64,000 nucleotides of DNA from Eledone cirrhosa. Its lineage: Eukaryota. The stretch covers positions 7,192,001 through 7,256,000 of the forward strand of contig OZ024747.1 of assembly GCA_964016885.1 (NCBI GenBank), in the 5' to 3' direction. The notes beneath the pieces were generated by a model. It was given only the letters and a program-made list of their open reading frames with translations. It had not been told where the DNA came from and searched no databases. A program made the translations under genes and the position numbers. Every line of letters begins with the position of its first letter. The stretch's first letter is position 1. Positions 14,353 to 27,803 of the stretch are shown here, piece by piece.

Positions 14353-15878
14353 ATGGGGTGAAATATTAAGTCTTTAACCATTCTTTAACCCTTTAGCATT
14401 TACATTACTCTGTATTTACTATTCTATTTTCGCTGTAGAAGCTTTACCTCATATTGCCTTGCAATGTGGAACACTTCGTATCCCTGATCCTCACATCTCG
14501 TCAGCCTTGCAGCCAAATAGTGGGGCCTGCCCATCACCTATAAATTCAGACTACATCTCTCTTTTTGTTACAGTGCAGTTTAGTTCCCTTAGCACACTAC
14601 TTTGAATGGTGTCATCAGAAGGAGCCTTGATGCAGCCTGTGTTTCCCATCACAACTGGAGCCTGCTTACCTCACCCACGGTGATGGCAGATGCTCAAATG
14701 AGATAATTAATAATTTTAGTAAATCCTTCAAAATTGATTAATTAAAATAGTGTATTTGATTAGACATGAAAGGGTTAAGTAGATGACTGTTTACAACACT
14801 TGATTAGACATGAAAGGGTTAAGTAGATGACTGTTTACAACACTTCAAGAAGGTAAGGAGTGAGTGAGGAGGAGGCCAACTCTAACAAAGATTGTAGAGA
14901 AATGGTTAAAATGAATTTAGATAGCAATAGTTAAGAGAAGTTTAGTTAGTGGTGGAAGTTCAACAAAGAAAGAGGTGGTTGAAGAATGAAGTAGGTCTGT
15001 CATAAACATCTTTAGAAGGTTAAGGAACCTAGTCATTGCCAATTCTACTGGTACAATACATGAGTTGACAAACTTCACTGTTTATAAGATGATATTGATA
15101 TGTAGTAGAGGGAGAAAGAAGTGATTGAAATGGATAGGTGGATACCAGCTGGTTTAGATAGGAGTGGGGGGATTTGTAACTTTTGAAATAAAAGTGCATT
15201 TAGTTAGACTATTTGACCTATTTTTTTATTATTTATTGGGGTGTAGAATTTTTGTGAGTGAACAGTATGTCCGTGGATCTTACTTGAACTTTGTTGAGTG
15301 TTAGGGTGAGTGATGTGTTTGGTTTCTGTTTTATAAGAGAACTAGCACAATACTTGTCAAAAATAATGGGGTGTATAGTAAAAAACAAAAATCTTATTTA
15401 ATGATTCCTTGATTACAACTTTGCTTGAACCCCAAAATTTTACTTGACCTTCCTAATCTTCAACTTGTCTTTTTCTTCTTTCAACATGACAACCCATCTA
15501 ATCCATGCAAGCATGGAAAAATGGACATTAAATGATGATGATATATATATATATATATATAGACAGTAATAATAAATGTGAAGACTAATATCTGAAGAGG
15601 GCTCAATAAGGATTATATATAAACCCATAGAGCAAATATTTATTATAAGAATAGATTAAATTTTAAGCAAAGAATTGCGATTCTTTGCTTAAACTTTAAT
15701 CTGTTCTTATAAAAAAAAATATATATATATATATGTGTGTGTCTGTGTAAATGAAGTATTTCCGTCGGAAAGGTACAGTACAAAAGAGTGCTCGATGTAG
15801 GCTACAGAGCTTATTAGTTATGTAATAAACAACATAAGATAATTATTTCATTTACCAAATAAATAAATAAATAAATAA

Positions 15879-15917
<39 letters not shown>

Positions 15918-16378
15918 ATATAGATCCTCCTATTTATGAATACAGATCATATTTTAATATTTTCTTTCTTTTAATTTCAGATAATTCTGGCTGTGATCTT
16001 CATTGCAAAGTGTTCTCGCATGTCTACAAAGTAATCCAAACAAACAGAGGCAGGAAGAGAAATAAAAGCAATAAAACTAATAAAGGCAGTGAAGAAACTC
16101 AGAGAAAATCTTAATGTATTGTGTATTTTCCACTTGAATACAATCATTAGCCACCATTTTCTCCACTTGACTACATTGCAGTAACATACTTCGTCTTCCC
16201 CATCAGTGATTCTCACTGTTTGGGGTGTAGTGTTGTTGTTATTTTCATCAAATTGTGGTTGGACTGGTGGTCATTGAATGTAATATATTCAAAATCTTCT
16301 TTGGTTGTCTTCTTTCGGTAAACTACTTCCACTCATCCTCTTCAGTCCCTTATCTGCCGCCCTGTCTCCAGCACCAAT

Positions 16379-16482
16379 ATGAAGGTATATGCTCTCTCGG
16401 TCCTCTACAAAGGAGAGACCAAAGTTCGTTTATTGAAGGGCTGCTATGAATTGTCATCGTTTGGCTATTTCCAGCGATCAAC
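16379..16482 (+). CDS. YKT6: YKT6 coding exon 1 (longin domain start)
   Basis: ATG at 16379; translates MKVYALSVLYKGETKVRLLKGCYELSSFGYFQRS(T), matching the Ykt6 N-terminus (human MKLYSLSVLYKGEAKVVLLKAAYDVSSFSFFQRSS); donor GTAAGT at 16483; 104 nt. Confidence 0.97.
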
Positions 16483-16567
16483 GTAAGTAACCCTAGTCTT
16501 TTATTATTCTTTTATTTATTTTGGTAGGGTGTTGATTTCTATTTCTTTTAAAGAGTTTTCTCTTTTC

Positions 16568-16769
16568 TATGAGGGCTGACTGAAAAGTTCATAGGCTGAT
16601 TATGGAGGATTGATGCTAGAGCTGTGAAATCTTGCATGCATTAATTTCAACTCTTCTTATCAATAAGTGCATTGTTTCTTTCCAAGGACTATGTTGAAAA
16701 ATAAACCTCATTTGGTCATTCCATGAGAGTATCTTGGTCAGCCTATGAACTTTTCAGCCGACCCTAGTA
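16568..16769 (+). mobile_element. Mariner-type MITE
   Basis: TIR core ctgaaaagttcataggctga / tcagcctatgaacttttcag, TA flanks. Confidence 0.8.
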
Positions 16770-17043
16770 TTATGCTACTAATTATACAGATACCTAACAT
16801 TGTTAGCTTTAGGTTATAAACTTCTCACTAAGACTAATTGTCAACTTTTAGCATCATACCAACTTTCTACAGTATCATCTTGACTGAAAATTGTGTTTGT
16901 TTGGTTAAGATAATAAGCAACAAGTGTTTGGTTTGTGTGTTTATATTCAGCTAGCATCTCTGTTTTATTCTTCCGGAAGTGACACAATTCGTCATCCTCA
17001 TTTTAATGTCTGTTTTTTTTCATACTTGTATGGGTTAAACAGG

Positions 17044-17258
17044 TCCTTCTCAGCATCGCATCTCTCCACTCACCACGTTCCTTCTCAGCATCGCATCTCT
17101 CCACTCACCATGTTCCTTCTCAGCATCGCATCTCTCCACTCACCACGTTCCTTCTCAGCATCGCATCTCTCCACTCACCACGTTCCTTCTCAGCATCGCA
17201 TCTCTCCACTCACCACGTTCCTTCTCAGCATCGCATCTCTCCACTCACCACGTTCCTT
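17044..17258. repeat. 35-bp minisatellite, about 6 copies
   Basis: Unit tccttctcagcatcgcatctctccactcaccacgt. Confidence 0.95.
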
Positions 17259-17769
17259 CATCAACTTCTCTCTGTGAGTCTCAGTGAAGTATTTTTTGTG
17301 ACTGTTTGATTGTTGAAGACTTTTCTTTGCAAGAAGTTGTCGGAATACTTGAAAAAGTGGTAGTTGGTTAGGGAAAGATCCAGTGTGAGATGTGGCAGAC
17401 CTCTGGAGTGATGGTTGTGCAATTTGTGGTAGATTATTGACATGTAAGAGGTTTGGAGGACCTTTTTATTGGCAGTGCTGGACATTGACATTGCAATATT
17501 GGAAGCATTTCATCAGTTTCATTATAATACAGGAAACCTCAGAACTGACTTGAGTATATTTGTGTGTGTCTGTATGTATATGTGTATATATATATATGCA
17601 AACCTCACATATGTGAAACAGAAATGCACACATGCATGCACATGGAAACACATTCATGTACACACATAAATACATCCACATGCAAACATCACTCTGTTAA
17701 CATGTTTACCATGAAAGACTACCACATACTGAATGTCTATCCTCATTCTACTATTTCTCTGTTGTCCAG

Positions 17770-17852
17770 TGTCAAAGAGTTTATGGAGTTCACCAGTAGA
17801 ATTATAGTAGAACGTTCTAAACCATTCTCGAGATCTTCTGTCAAAGAACAAG
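17770..17852 (+). CDS. YKT6: YKT6 coding exon 2
   Basis: Acceptor ctctgttgtccAG, donor GTAGGT; VKEFMEFTSRIIVERSKPFSRSSVKEQ with conserved F39/F42; 83 nt, phase-compatible. Confidence 0.97.
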
Positions 17853-18934
17853 GTAGGTGCAGTTTCTTCTGTAAGGAATATGTTATGACATGTAAGCTGT
17901 ATTCATTTAAAGATTTGAATTATAGTAGAGACTTAGTATTATGTGGGAGACAGGTATATTGGTTGTTGATTTAGGGGCTGGTGAAAGATAGTTTAGGATC
18001 CACTTTACACTATACCAATCTGGCAGGGATAGGTACAATGTATGTGAACTGGAAGACTATGAGTTCAGTGTGTGTGTGTGTGTATGTGTACATTTTTATT
18101 TAGCCAAGGAAGGCACCACCCTGGACCATTTTTGCAAGATCTTTATGACCAGCTGAGGAGTCAGAAGAAATCACAACTTCGGGGTTATCCTTAAACTAGA
18201 AACCTGATCTGAATTCTTACATTAGAGTGGAGTCTGCTAGAAATGTTGTTAAACAGGTACAGTCTATTTGACAGGTTTCCACAGTTTCCATCTATCTAAT
18301 TACATTCACAAGGTTTAAGTTAACCTGAGGATATGGTAAAAGACATTTGCCCATAGTGCTGGGCAGTGTCATCAAATCTGAATCATTTGGTTGTAAAGTG
18401 AACTTAAGCAAAATATGAGAATGGGGTATGTTGTAGGACTAGCCTAATGCACATCCAGGGCCTTGAGTGTAGGGAGAATTTGATATAATTAATGTTATAA
18501 AGTTCAGTTGAACTTGTATCAGCCTTGTCAGTTGTTCTGGTAGAATCTAGTCCTAGAGAAGTAATATTGGTAAAATGTTTAGTAACTTGTCTGGAGGTGG
18601 GAGTAAAGTTCTGGGTATTTACAAAGTTGGTTTAGTCCCAAGTTGGCTCTGATTAAGCAGACTTATATTCAAAAACCATGGCCAGCCCACCTGTCTTTTT
18701 TCAGACATAATATATCTAAAACTATTCAATATGGCCTTCCTGTTTTAAGACAGTAAAGTTTCATTTAGAAGATATTTAACTGTTATTTTTAGCAGGATGA
18801 ATGACCACATAGATGGGCTGTCATTGGCATGTATTTACAAAGTAGAATCAGTTGTTGATAATTGTACATTGATATGTTTTAACACTTTTCTTTTTGTATT
18901 TGCCATTTAATTTTCTTCTTCCTCCCCATTTTAG

Positions 18935-19035
18935 ATTATCTCTGCCATGTTTACATACGAGGGGATTCATTAGCCTGTGTCATGATAGCAGACCACGAAT
19001 ATCCTCAGAGAGTGGCTCACACATTGCTCTCTAAA
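18935..19035 (+). CDS. YKT6: YKT6 coding exon 3
   Basis: Pyrimidine tract plus ttAG, donor GTAAG; DYLCHVYIRGDSLACVMIADHEYPQRVAHTLLSK; 101 nt. Confidence 0.97.
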
Positions 19036-21326
19036 GTAAGAACATCTTTCTCTCTTGATCCCTTCTTCTCTCTCTCTCAAAAGGTTGATCCCTGGAAAGG
19101 CATCCAGCCATAAAACATTGCCTCAGAAAGAATCCTAGGATGAGTATGATTAAACCTGCCTTAGGGTTCACTACACTAACCTCTGTTTTAGCTGAGAAAA
19201 TGGCCTTAAAATGCTTGTGTGTAACTTTTACATTCACTTTTCTTGCTTTTCGTTTTTGGCATGGGTTGGTGATCTGCATGATAAAAACACCCAGTACATG
19301 CTGTGAAGTGGTTGATGTTAGGAAAAGCATCTAGCCATAGAAAGCTTGCTAAACAAAGGGTTGGGAGGACCCCCTCAGTTCTGGCATGACAACTTCTATG
19401 CACTTGATAGAATGTATGACCATATGTAAGCAAGATGCAGACCCCTTTGCCTGTCAAGAGGACAGTAGCCCTGCTTCAGTGCTAAGTCGACCTGTCCAAC
19501 CCTTGCTAGCAAGGAAAAGAGGTATTAAACAATGATGATAATGATGTCTCTCCATTTGTCATAGTCATTCATCATCCCTTTTGTAAGGCTCAGAGATCAG
19601 CCTTGAATTATTTGGCAAGTCTTCACCCAACTCCTTTTCACAAGCCTTTCAAGTTTATACAGCACATACATCTCTCCTACATACTACCTTGCTAGTATGG
19701 AAGATGGACATTAAATGATGATGATGATACTACAGCCATTTACTCTGATGCAAACCTTTTCTCTGTTTTGCATGCTGGCATTACACATTCAGTGGAACAT
19801 GTTTACCCAAGCATCAGAGAAACCCTTTGTTACTAACAGAAGTAACAGCTCCCTGAACTATTCTACTTTTGCGACACTCACCTCCACTGTTAACTATACC
19901 TGTGCATCTATTTACACATCTAGTGTTTCTTCTCTGTCAGTGAGTCTGAGATCTCACTCTATACTGTATACATTAGGTATACAGTATAGAGTTTTATTAC
20001 CATATATACTTGAAAATAGTGTAATATTCACCTCCAAAGCCAAAATATATTAGTATCTCGTTTACGTAGAATTTGAAATTGGTGAAAATTGGGAAAATAT
20101 TAGCCTCGAATATAAACCGAACCCCACCAACACATTTTACCATTGATTTGTTTTGTCATATTTCTCAGCTTATATACAAGTATACACGGTACTTCCCTCC
20201 CAGATGATGGTAGAGCTTTATATCTTTCCTACTAACTAAAACTTTTGTCTTTGCTAGTTTAACTTTTTAGTCCTCTCAATTCTAAACTATGATTCCCTAT
20301 TTGGAACTTTTCTCCTAATTCTTCAATTGATTCAACTATGAGGACTGGCCCATGAGTGTGTAGTTCCCATAGATAACTGGTCGTAAACTCTTGTGGTATT
20401 TAGTTATCTCCCTTCCTTCTTGGTTCAAATACTGTTCTATATATTTTGGACAACTATAGACTTGTGTTGGTGATTTACATTATAAACGTACCTAGTGCAC
20501 TCTATAAACTGGTTGGTAAAAGGAAGGGCATCCAGCTGTCAAACAAAGGGTTGGAAGGACTGTTCAGCTGTGTCAAAGGTGTTGGTGCCATAATAAAATG
20601 CACTCAGTAGAGTGCAGGATCATATGTCAAACCCCCTAGCACACCTGGAGATCAGGGGCTCCGCTTGAATACTGACTGGTCTGTGATATGTTCAACCCTT
20701 GCTAGCATGGAAAATGAGATTTCTCTGTTTGTTTATTCAGCTGTCATCTTCCATATGTCCATATCTTCAAATGTTTTGATAGTTACTTCAACAATGGTAG
20801 ACAAAACTGTTTTTGAGTCCCTGATTAAATGGACCTATGACTATTCTAACCATAACTATCCTGTCTTCTTGTGATACTTTATCTCAGACTACATTATCCT
20901 ATATGTTCTTTTTATGGTAGTTTTTGCAGATGGTAGAGTGGGATTTGAAGATTTTGCTGCTATCTCTAACAGTATGAACAACCTTATAGAGGCTCCCTTA
21001 TTGCCTGAATATCTTGAAACAAGAACTATAGTTGATTCTAAGTAATTTTTTCAAAAGCATTGGAGGCTTGTCATATTGCCTTAGTTTGGTGCATGCCACC
21101 AGGCCTTCAGATAAGTGAAGTAGCCTTTGTTGGGGCTTTACTAATAGTTGTTAAGGATTTATTAAGTATTGTGGTTGGCAACTTAACAGCTTCAGCTTAA
21201 GAAAGGCAACAGATGTTGCATATATGCAAATGTGTGTGGGGCTCTGTCTGTGTTTCTGTATAGTTTTGTGTTCATTGCCTTTGCCATCTTTGTCTTACAT
21301 TATCATTAACCATTTGATAATTCCAG

Positions 21327-21385
21327 GTTCTTGATGACTTTAAACTCACAGTTCCTACTGAGAAATGGCCAACCATAACAGAGAG
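21327..21385 (+). CDS. YKT6: YKT6 coding exon 4
   Basis: ttccAG acceptor, GTAAG donor; VLDDFKLTVPTEKWPTITE(S); 59 nt. Confidence 0.93.
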
Positions 21386-21887
21386 GTAAGATCATGAGAT
21401 CTAAATTCACTTGTATTCTGTATAATATTTATGGTCATATTTCTTCTGTTTGGTCAGTCTGCTGATTGTTTGACCTCTTCAGTATGGCCAACTGTTTGGC
21501 CTACTTGGAACAGTAACAAAATCCCCATCACATTCTGCTGTCTTAAAAAAGCAAAGACATTGGATAATATAGTTCCTAATATACTAAAAGATGGGATGGT
21601 CATGGCTGGAATGATTTTGATCCCCACTCTGTTCTATTGAGGTTGACCTGAAGCTAAACATCAACAGGTACCCCATGGCATACTGTGAGAAAAGGTTGCG
21701 GTAGACCTATAGGGTCTAATTCAGTGATGTTTGCTAATGTGAACATCACAACAAAATCTATCTCATACTAAAGTTGGAACCACACAACTATTTGCTACAT
21801 TACCATTTATTAGTGACCGTTGCTCCATTGTTATCCAAAACATTCCTTTTTACTTTATTTATTTGTATTTATTTTTCTGTTTTTCAG

Positions 21888-21933
21888 TGAAGTAAATTTC
21901 CCCAAATGTGAAAAGTATTTAAATGATAGCCAG
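21888..21933 (+). CDS. YKT6: YKT6 coding exon 5
   Basis: ttttcAG acceptor, GTATGT donor; EVNFPKCEKYLNDSQ; 46 nt (59+46=105 restores the frame). Confidence 0.92.
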
Positions 21934-21979
21934 GTATGTATTACAACAAAACACTTTCACTTCGATCAATTGACTTTGT

Positions 21980-22222
21980 TTAACCCTTTTGATACCAAAC
22001 CGTTTGAAACCACCTTGGATTAATGATACAATACCTCTCATTTATAAAATATCTGTATATTAAAACATTCCATCATAATTTTATTTTAGAAATTTTTGTT
22101 AAATAATGTTCTAAATATCGGCTTATTACATAAAATTCCTCCAAAATGTTTGGTTAATTAAAAAAATTATTGAAACACATAGGCAGTGTATTTTATTAAA
22201 AATATGGTAATAAAAGGGTTAA
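21980..22222. mobile_element. piggyBac-type MITE (family 2)
   Basis: TTAACCCTTTTGATACC ... GGTAATAAAAGGGTTAA. Confidence 0.7.
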
Positions 22223-23124
22223 GGAAAAAGACTAATCCTTACCAATATGCCTTTGGTTTCCCTTCACTTTTCATCTTTTGGAGGGGAAGATTCCTGTCAG
22301 TTCTTCATTGTAATGGTCTCTGGTAGGTTGTCCTCATGTCCCATATTCTCTGAACCCTATTCTACTTCAGATTTAGATTACATCTCTCGCACTATTTTTT
22401 CTCTCTGTTATCGACCAAGTTCTTACCTCTAACTAGATACACATTGCCCCCTCCTTAAACTTCTGCACACAAGCGCCATCTACATTCAATCTAGAAACCT
22501 CATATCGAAGCTTGCATTACTTCCATGAAGATGGACTGTGAAACCTCTAATGGAGACATGTTGGCAAAATTTCTTTCAACTGCACCAAGACACAATTGCT
22601 GTAAATATGTACACACACACACACATAAGCTACATACATTTGATCTTCCACAATGCTGTTGCCACAAAAAAAGAGCACTGAGTCTACCCTGCATGCAGAT
22701 CTGGTGCCACAACAACAAAAGCACTAGATGAAACTACACATATACAGCATCAGTAAAACTTTATTCAAACATTTTGTTACATAATATAAGAAAAGATACG
22801 ATTGAAGTGAAAAGATACTCAGTGTTGTTTGATTCTTGATACAGTTTCCTGTCTTCTGTTGGCTGTTTTCTCAGGAACAGGTCTGAAAAAAGCTGGAAAC
22901 ATTTAGTTATGGTGTATACCATGCATCCCCAAAACAAACAAGCAAAAATGTGAAAAAAAACTGTGCAGTATACATGGAAGAATACAGGACAAATATTTCT
23001 AGAAATTCTTTCATGTTTTTTCTTTCTCTTTCATCAATTCCACTGTGATCCTTATTCTGTTTATTGCTGTTGTGGTCACTGTTACATTACTGCTGTCTTC
23101 TATGTCTGCTGCTCACCTCAAAAG

Positions 23125-23190
23125 AATCCACAAGAAACTGATGCTATGACCAAAATTCAAAATGATTTAGATGAAACAAAAATTATTTTG
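23125..23190 (+). CDS. YKT6: YKT6 coding exon 6 (start of R-SNARE helix)
   Basis: NPQETDAMTKIQNDLDETKIIL; weak ctcaaaAG acceptor, GTGAGT donor; 66 nt. Confidence 0.95.
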
Positions 23191-23775
23191 GTGAGTATCC
23201 TCTTTTGTTTGTCCTTAGTGTGTGGTGTTACAGTATTGCTGGGTTTATTTTAAAACTTCACAATTTTTGGTTTTGTTTCCATGTTTTGAAATTCTTCTCT
23301 AATTCTTTGACAGATTCATTACTATGGTAGCTAGATCATCAATATATAGACTTTCTTATGGACAGCAAGTTTTATACAAATACTGTGATTTTCTAATGAC
23401 TGCTAATTTGCTGTACTATTTCAGTATATTACTGGTACTTATTTTGTCGATCTTTAAAGAGTGACCTGTCAAATTGAGGATTTAACTATGTACCGGAAAG
23501 TGCTTTGTCTGTATCTTGTCATCCTACAGCAACAACAACAATAATAATTTCTAACAAGGCGTAAGGGTGTATAGTTGATTAGATTGACCAGATTTTATAG
23601 ATCCTAGAAGAATGAAAGCTAAAGTTGACTTCAATAAGAGTTGAACTCAGAATGTTGGTACATAACATCCACAATGTTTTGTTATCTATTAATAATTTAA
23701 AATAATTCTACAATAATTCTCCTTCATTTCAACCATGAGTGTAAAGTTTTCTTGGAACATTTTGTCTTTTTACAG

Positions 23776-23877
23776 CACAACACAATTGATGCCATTTTGG
23801 AGAGAGGTGAGAAGCTAGATGACCTTGTTGAGAAGTCAGAAGGACTGAGTACTCAGTCAAAATCTTTCTACAAAACA
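23776..23877 (+). CDS. YKT6: YKT6 coding exon 7 (R-SNARE motif)
   Basis: tttttacAG / GTAAGT; [34 protein letters not shown] with zero-layer R163 and S174; 102 nt. Confidence 0.98.
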
Positions 23878-24862
23878 GTAAGTTGGCTCTTTCTATGTTC
23901 TCTATATAATATGTATGTATGGATGGGCCTGTAACCTCTGGTGGAGTTCTAGGGCACCATAGTGATATATGGCATGTCTTGGGCACTTTAAAACTGGCAG
24001 AGCCCAACCCTTCTATAAGTCTGAATGCAGATTTCTTCAAGAGAGAGAGGGGGAGATAAAGGAAGGGAGAAAAAGACATAGGGGAAGAATTGAGCCCAGT
24101 ATTGCACTGGTACTTTTTTTTTTAGACCTCGAAAAGATGTAAAGCAAAGTTGACCTCAGTGAGATTTGAACTCAGAGAGCTTGAACAAATTCTGCAAAGT
24201 GTTCTGTTCGATGTTTTAACAACTCTGCCAATTCATCACCTTATTCTCTCTACATACCTTTGTATCATACCAGCTTTCTATAGAACACAGTTATTGGGAC
24301 TTATCTCAATGAACAATACTACATATCCATTCTATGACAATATAGGAGGTAGAAGTGATTATCTTTTTGAAAAATTTTTTTTTTTTTTTTTTTACAACTT
24401 TACTGGAATGGTCCCACAGCTCCTGAGGGAATCGTAGAGGTGCCATATGGCATACAACATTTCTATGGCATTTTAAAACCTGGTGGAGCCCATCTCCTCT
24501 CCAAGTCACAACACTGCAGATTTCTTCCAGAGAAGAAGTGAGAGTGTTACAAATATCTGTTGTCAATTACCTTCATTTAAATTTTGTTGTAATGATATAA
24601 AACTACCACAGCTCATTTACAGTCTGTACCCAGCTGTTTTATAAAGTTATTATTATTATTATTTTTTTTTTTTTTAGATAATCAAGAATGAGTTCACTAT
24701 TATAGAAGTTACAAAAAACCTCAAAGATACTCAAATATACCATCTATTCTTTGATATGCACCACTCTACAGCACCATGATATATCACATGAAGCTGTCAA
24801 ACCACATCATGCTATGCTATTTTACCTTAATCCACTTTGCTAGTGTTTACTATTTATCTATT

Positions 24863-25117
24863 ATTTCACATAATATTGGTCCATACCAAGTTGCTCTCTA
24901 CCACTATACCATACCCTGTTATATTGCAATGTAGTCATACCACACCACCCTACCTTATTTCACATAATATTGGTCCATACCAAGTTGCTCTCTACCACTA
25001 TACCATACCCTGTTATATTGCAATGTAGTCATACCACACCACCCTACATTATTTCACATAATATTGGTCCATACCAAGTTGCTCTCTACCACTATACCAT
25101 ACCCTGTTATATTGCAA
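24863..25117. repeat. 94-bp tandem repeat, about 2.7 copies
   Basis: cacataatattgg recurs at 24867, 24961, 25055. Confidence 0.92.
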
Positions 25118-25613
25118 TACATTCTACCATACTGTGCCACATCATATGGTTATACCTGAATCATACTTAACACATGAGACTATGTTGTGTTCTGCTATAA
25201 CATTACCACACCATACACAGTTCTAGGCAGTGAGTCGTTAGAATCTTAGCTAGAATGCTCTGTGCTATTTGTTCTGGCTTTCTGTTCTCTCAGTTCAAAT
25301 CTCACTGAGGTCAACTTTGAAATCCTAGTCTAGTACTAGGGTCGATTCGTCCTATATATTTCTTATTCACTTCCATTCTCACTCTATTCTTCTCTGGAAG
25401 AAATCTGCTGTATTCAGCCCTGGAGAGGATTGGGCTCCACCAGGTTTAAAAAGGCCCTAGAAATGCCATATGTCAATATAGCGTCTCTATGGCTCCTTCA
25501 GTTCACTCTGCCAAACTATAATATGCCGTAATATTTCACAGTACAACAGTAAAGCATCTTACACAATTTCTAAGAATCCAAACAACCTACACAGGCTTCC
25601 TCCAAATCAGAAG

Positions 25614-25832
25614 CCTCTTCAGGACATTACACATGACTGCAGTAGTCAGTACACAGTAGCCTACACACCTCCTCTTCAGGACATTACACATGACTGCAGT
25701 AGTCAGTACACAGTAGCCTACACACCTCCTCTTCAGGACATCACACATGACTGCAGTACACAGTAGCTTACACACCTCCTCTTCAGGACATTACACATGA
25801 CTGCAGTAGTCAGTACACAGTAGCTTACACAC
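25614..25832. repeat. 57-bp minisatellite, about 4 copies
   Basis: Unit cctcttcaggacattacacatgactgcagtagtcagtacacagtagcctacacacct. Confidence 0.92.
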
Positions 25833-26157
25833 CATATACACCCAGTGTGCATGTGATGATGATCCCTTGTGTTTCTGATATTGTAAGATCAATGGTGTCT
25901 GGAGATTAGCTTCTGTTAAGTCAACCTATAAAAGTAAGGTCAAACTGCTGGTTCCAGACAAACAATGACCTCACCAATATCTTAACATAACAGAAGTAAT
26001 AAGAAGACTTCAGCAGATACAGTTTCTCTGATATCTTAGATTCCTTGCTACAAGGCCTCAACTTCAATATCCCTAAGGATCTAAATAAAATCCTGCACAG
26101 ATTCTCTGTGAAAACCACATGGCTGCAGTATTATGCCAAGATGATATGTGTATACTC

Positions 26158-26467
26158 TTATATCCATATATCATTATATCCATATATCATTATATCCATA
26201 TATCCTTATATTCATATATCCTTATATTCATATATCATTATATTCATATATCCTTATATTCATATATCATTATATTCATATATCCTTATATTCATATATC
26301 ATTATATTCATATATCCTTATATTCATATATCATTATATTCATATATCATTATATTCATATATCCTTATATTCATATATCCTTATATTAATATATCCTTA
26401 TATTCATATATCATTATATTCATATATCCTTATATTCATATATCCTTATATTCATATATCATATTCA
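26158..26467. repeat. 16-bp minisatellite
   Basis: Unit tatc(c/a)ttatattcata. Confidence 0.92.
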
Positions 26468-26479
26468 TTTATACCTATG

Positions 26480-27440
26480 ATTATACTGACTCATGCTGTA
26501 GACTTATCTGGAATCTTAGACAGCAGAATGTCGAAATGTTTCTGGAAAAGGTCTACATCCACCTCGTGTTGATTTCTCAGTTTTTTTGGCAGCATATTAA
26601 AGAGCTGGAGGCCTTTGAACCTCAAGGTATTGCAGTATTTGGTCCTTACTCTGGATTTGGAGGAAGAGACCTTTGCCACTATGCAGTGACATCTTATTCA
26701 GGAGTTGCTATAGCTCTCAATGTCAAAGATTGATGCTAGATCTTCTAGTGTGTATATCACTGCATATCTTTCTCATTTTCACTTTAGGTGTAGAGTCTTA
26801 ATTTTTTCAGCCTCTCACAGTAACTCACCCCTTTCATTGAAGACAATCTTCTTCATATAACATTGTTGGATTACTTCAAGTTTTGCTGATAATTGAAGAC
26901 TGAGAGAGTAATAGTCCAAGCAGCTGAAGACAAATGTCCTGTACAGGACCAACATTGTTTTCTGGTCTTGAATGACCTTAGAATCCATCTGACCTGTGGT
27001 CTGAACATTGTGACCATTTTGAGTTCATTTTCAATTTCAAGCAGTATTTGCTTCAAATGGGATTATTCAGTCTTTTAATTGTATATTTAATTGATTTGAG
27101 ATCTTTGTTGTTTATCTCATATGGATCTTTCTATCTTTTGAAATCATATTTTTCTGTCTATTGGCCTGTCTTTCTGGAGCAACTTTAATGCATATGGTTT
27201 GCATTATTGTCATAAAATGGTTAAATTTTATGTGAATGTCTTGTTTCAGAATCTGTTTATGAATCCCTTTCCAGTTAACTTTGTAAAGTTTTAGCTGGAT
27301 AGAATGTGGGTTCTTCCTGTAGGCTGCTTATCTAGTTTCGCTCAGACCATATATTGTTAGTTCTATCTTATGGTCTGGAGTCACCTTTACAAAGCCGAAA
27401 TGATGGTAAAAGAATAGATTGATACACGTTCTTATCTTAT
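26480..27440 (-). mobile_element. CR1-like LINE remnant
   Basis: Minus-strand WILRSFKTR and RVRTKYCNTLRFKGLQLFNMLPKKLRN...FDILLSKIPD, typical CR1 ORF2 C-terminus; interrupted by stops. Confidence 0.65.
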
Positions 27441-27484
27441 TCTTTCGTTATTTATCTCTATATGTAACTCTGTATCTTCTTTTC

Positions 27485-27713
27485 TTAACCCTTTAGCATT
27501 TAAACTGGCCATATCCGGCCAGTATTCTTTCACCTCTTTCTGTTCAAACCAGCTGTAACCAGCCACTCATACTGACATTAAGGTATTGTTCTCAAAATAG
27601 GTAATATCAAAATCTCGTAGATTCGATATTATGTGAGATAATTATGTGAAATAAAGCCTTTACCACAAAAATACAATAGTAAATCTAGAGTAATGGTAAT
27701 GCTAAAGAGTTAA
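27485..27713 (-). mobile_element. piggyBac-type MITE (family 1)
   Basis: TTAA flanks, TIR CCCTTTAGCATT; other copies at 33035-33239, 36873-37094, 37268-37851, 39319-39490 (partial) and 47571-47784. Confidence 0.8.
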
Positions 27714-27803
27714 GTAATATGTATCACCAATACATGAGTTCTAACTTGGTTTGAAATCCAGCTTAGACTACGTGGACCAATATGTATATATGTGTACACA
27801 CAC

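Noticed and set aside
17044-17258. 35-bp repeats resembling a CRISPR array (also the 55594 array)
   Set aside because: No unique spacers, no cas genes, eukaryotic intron context.
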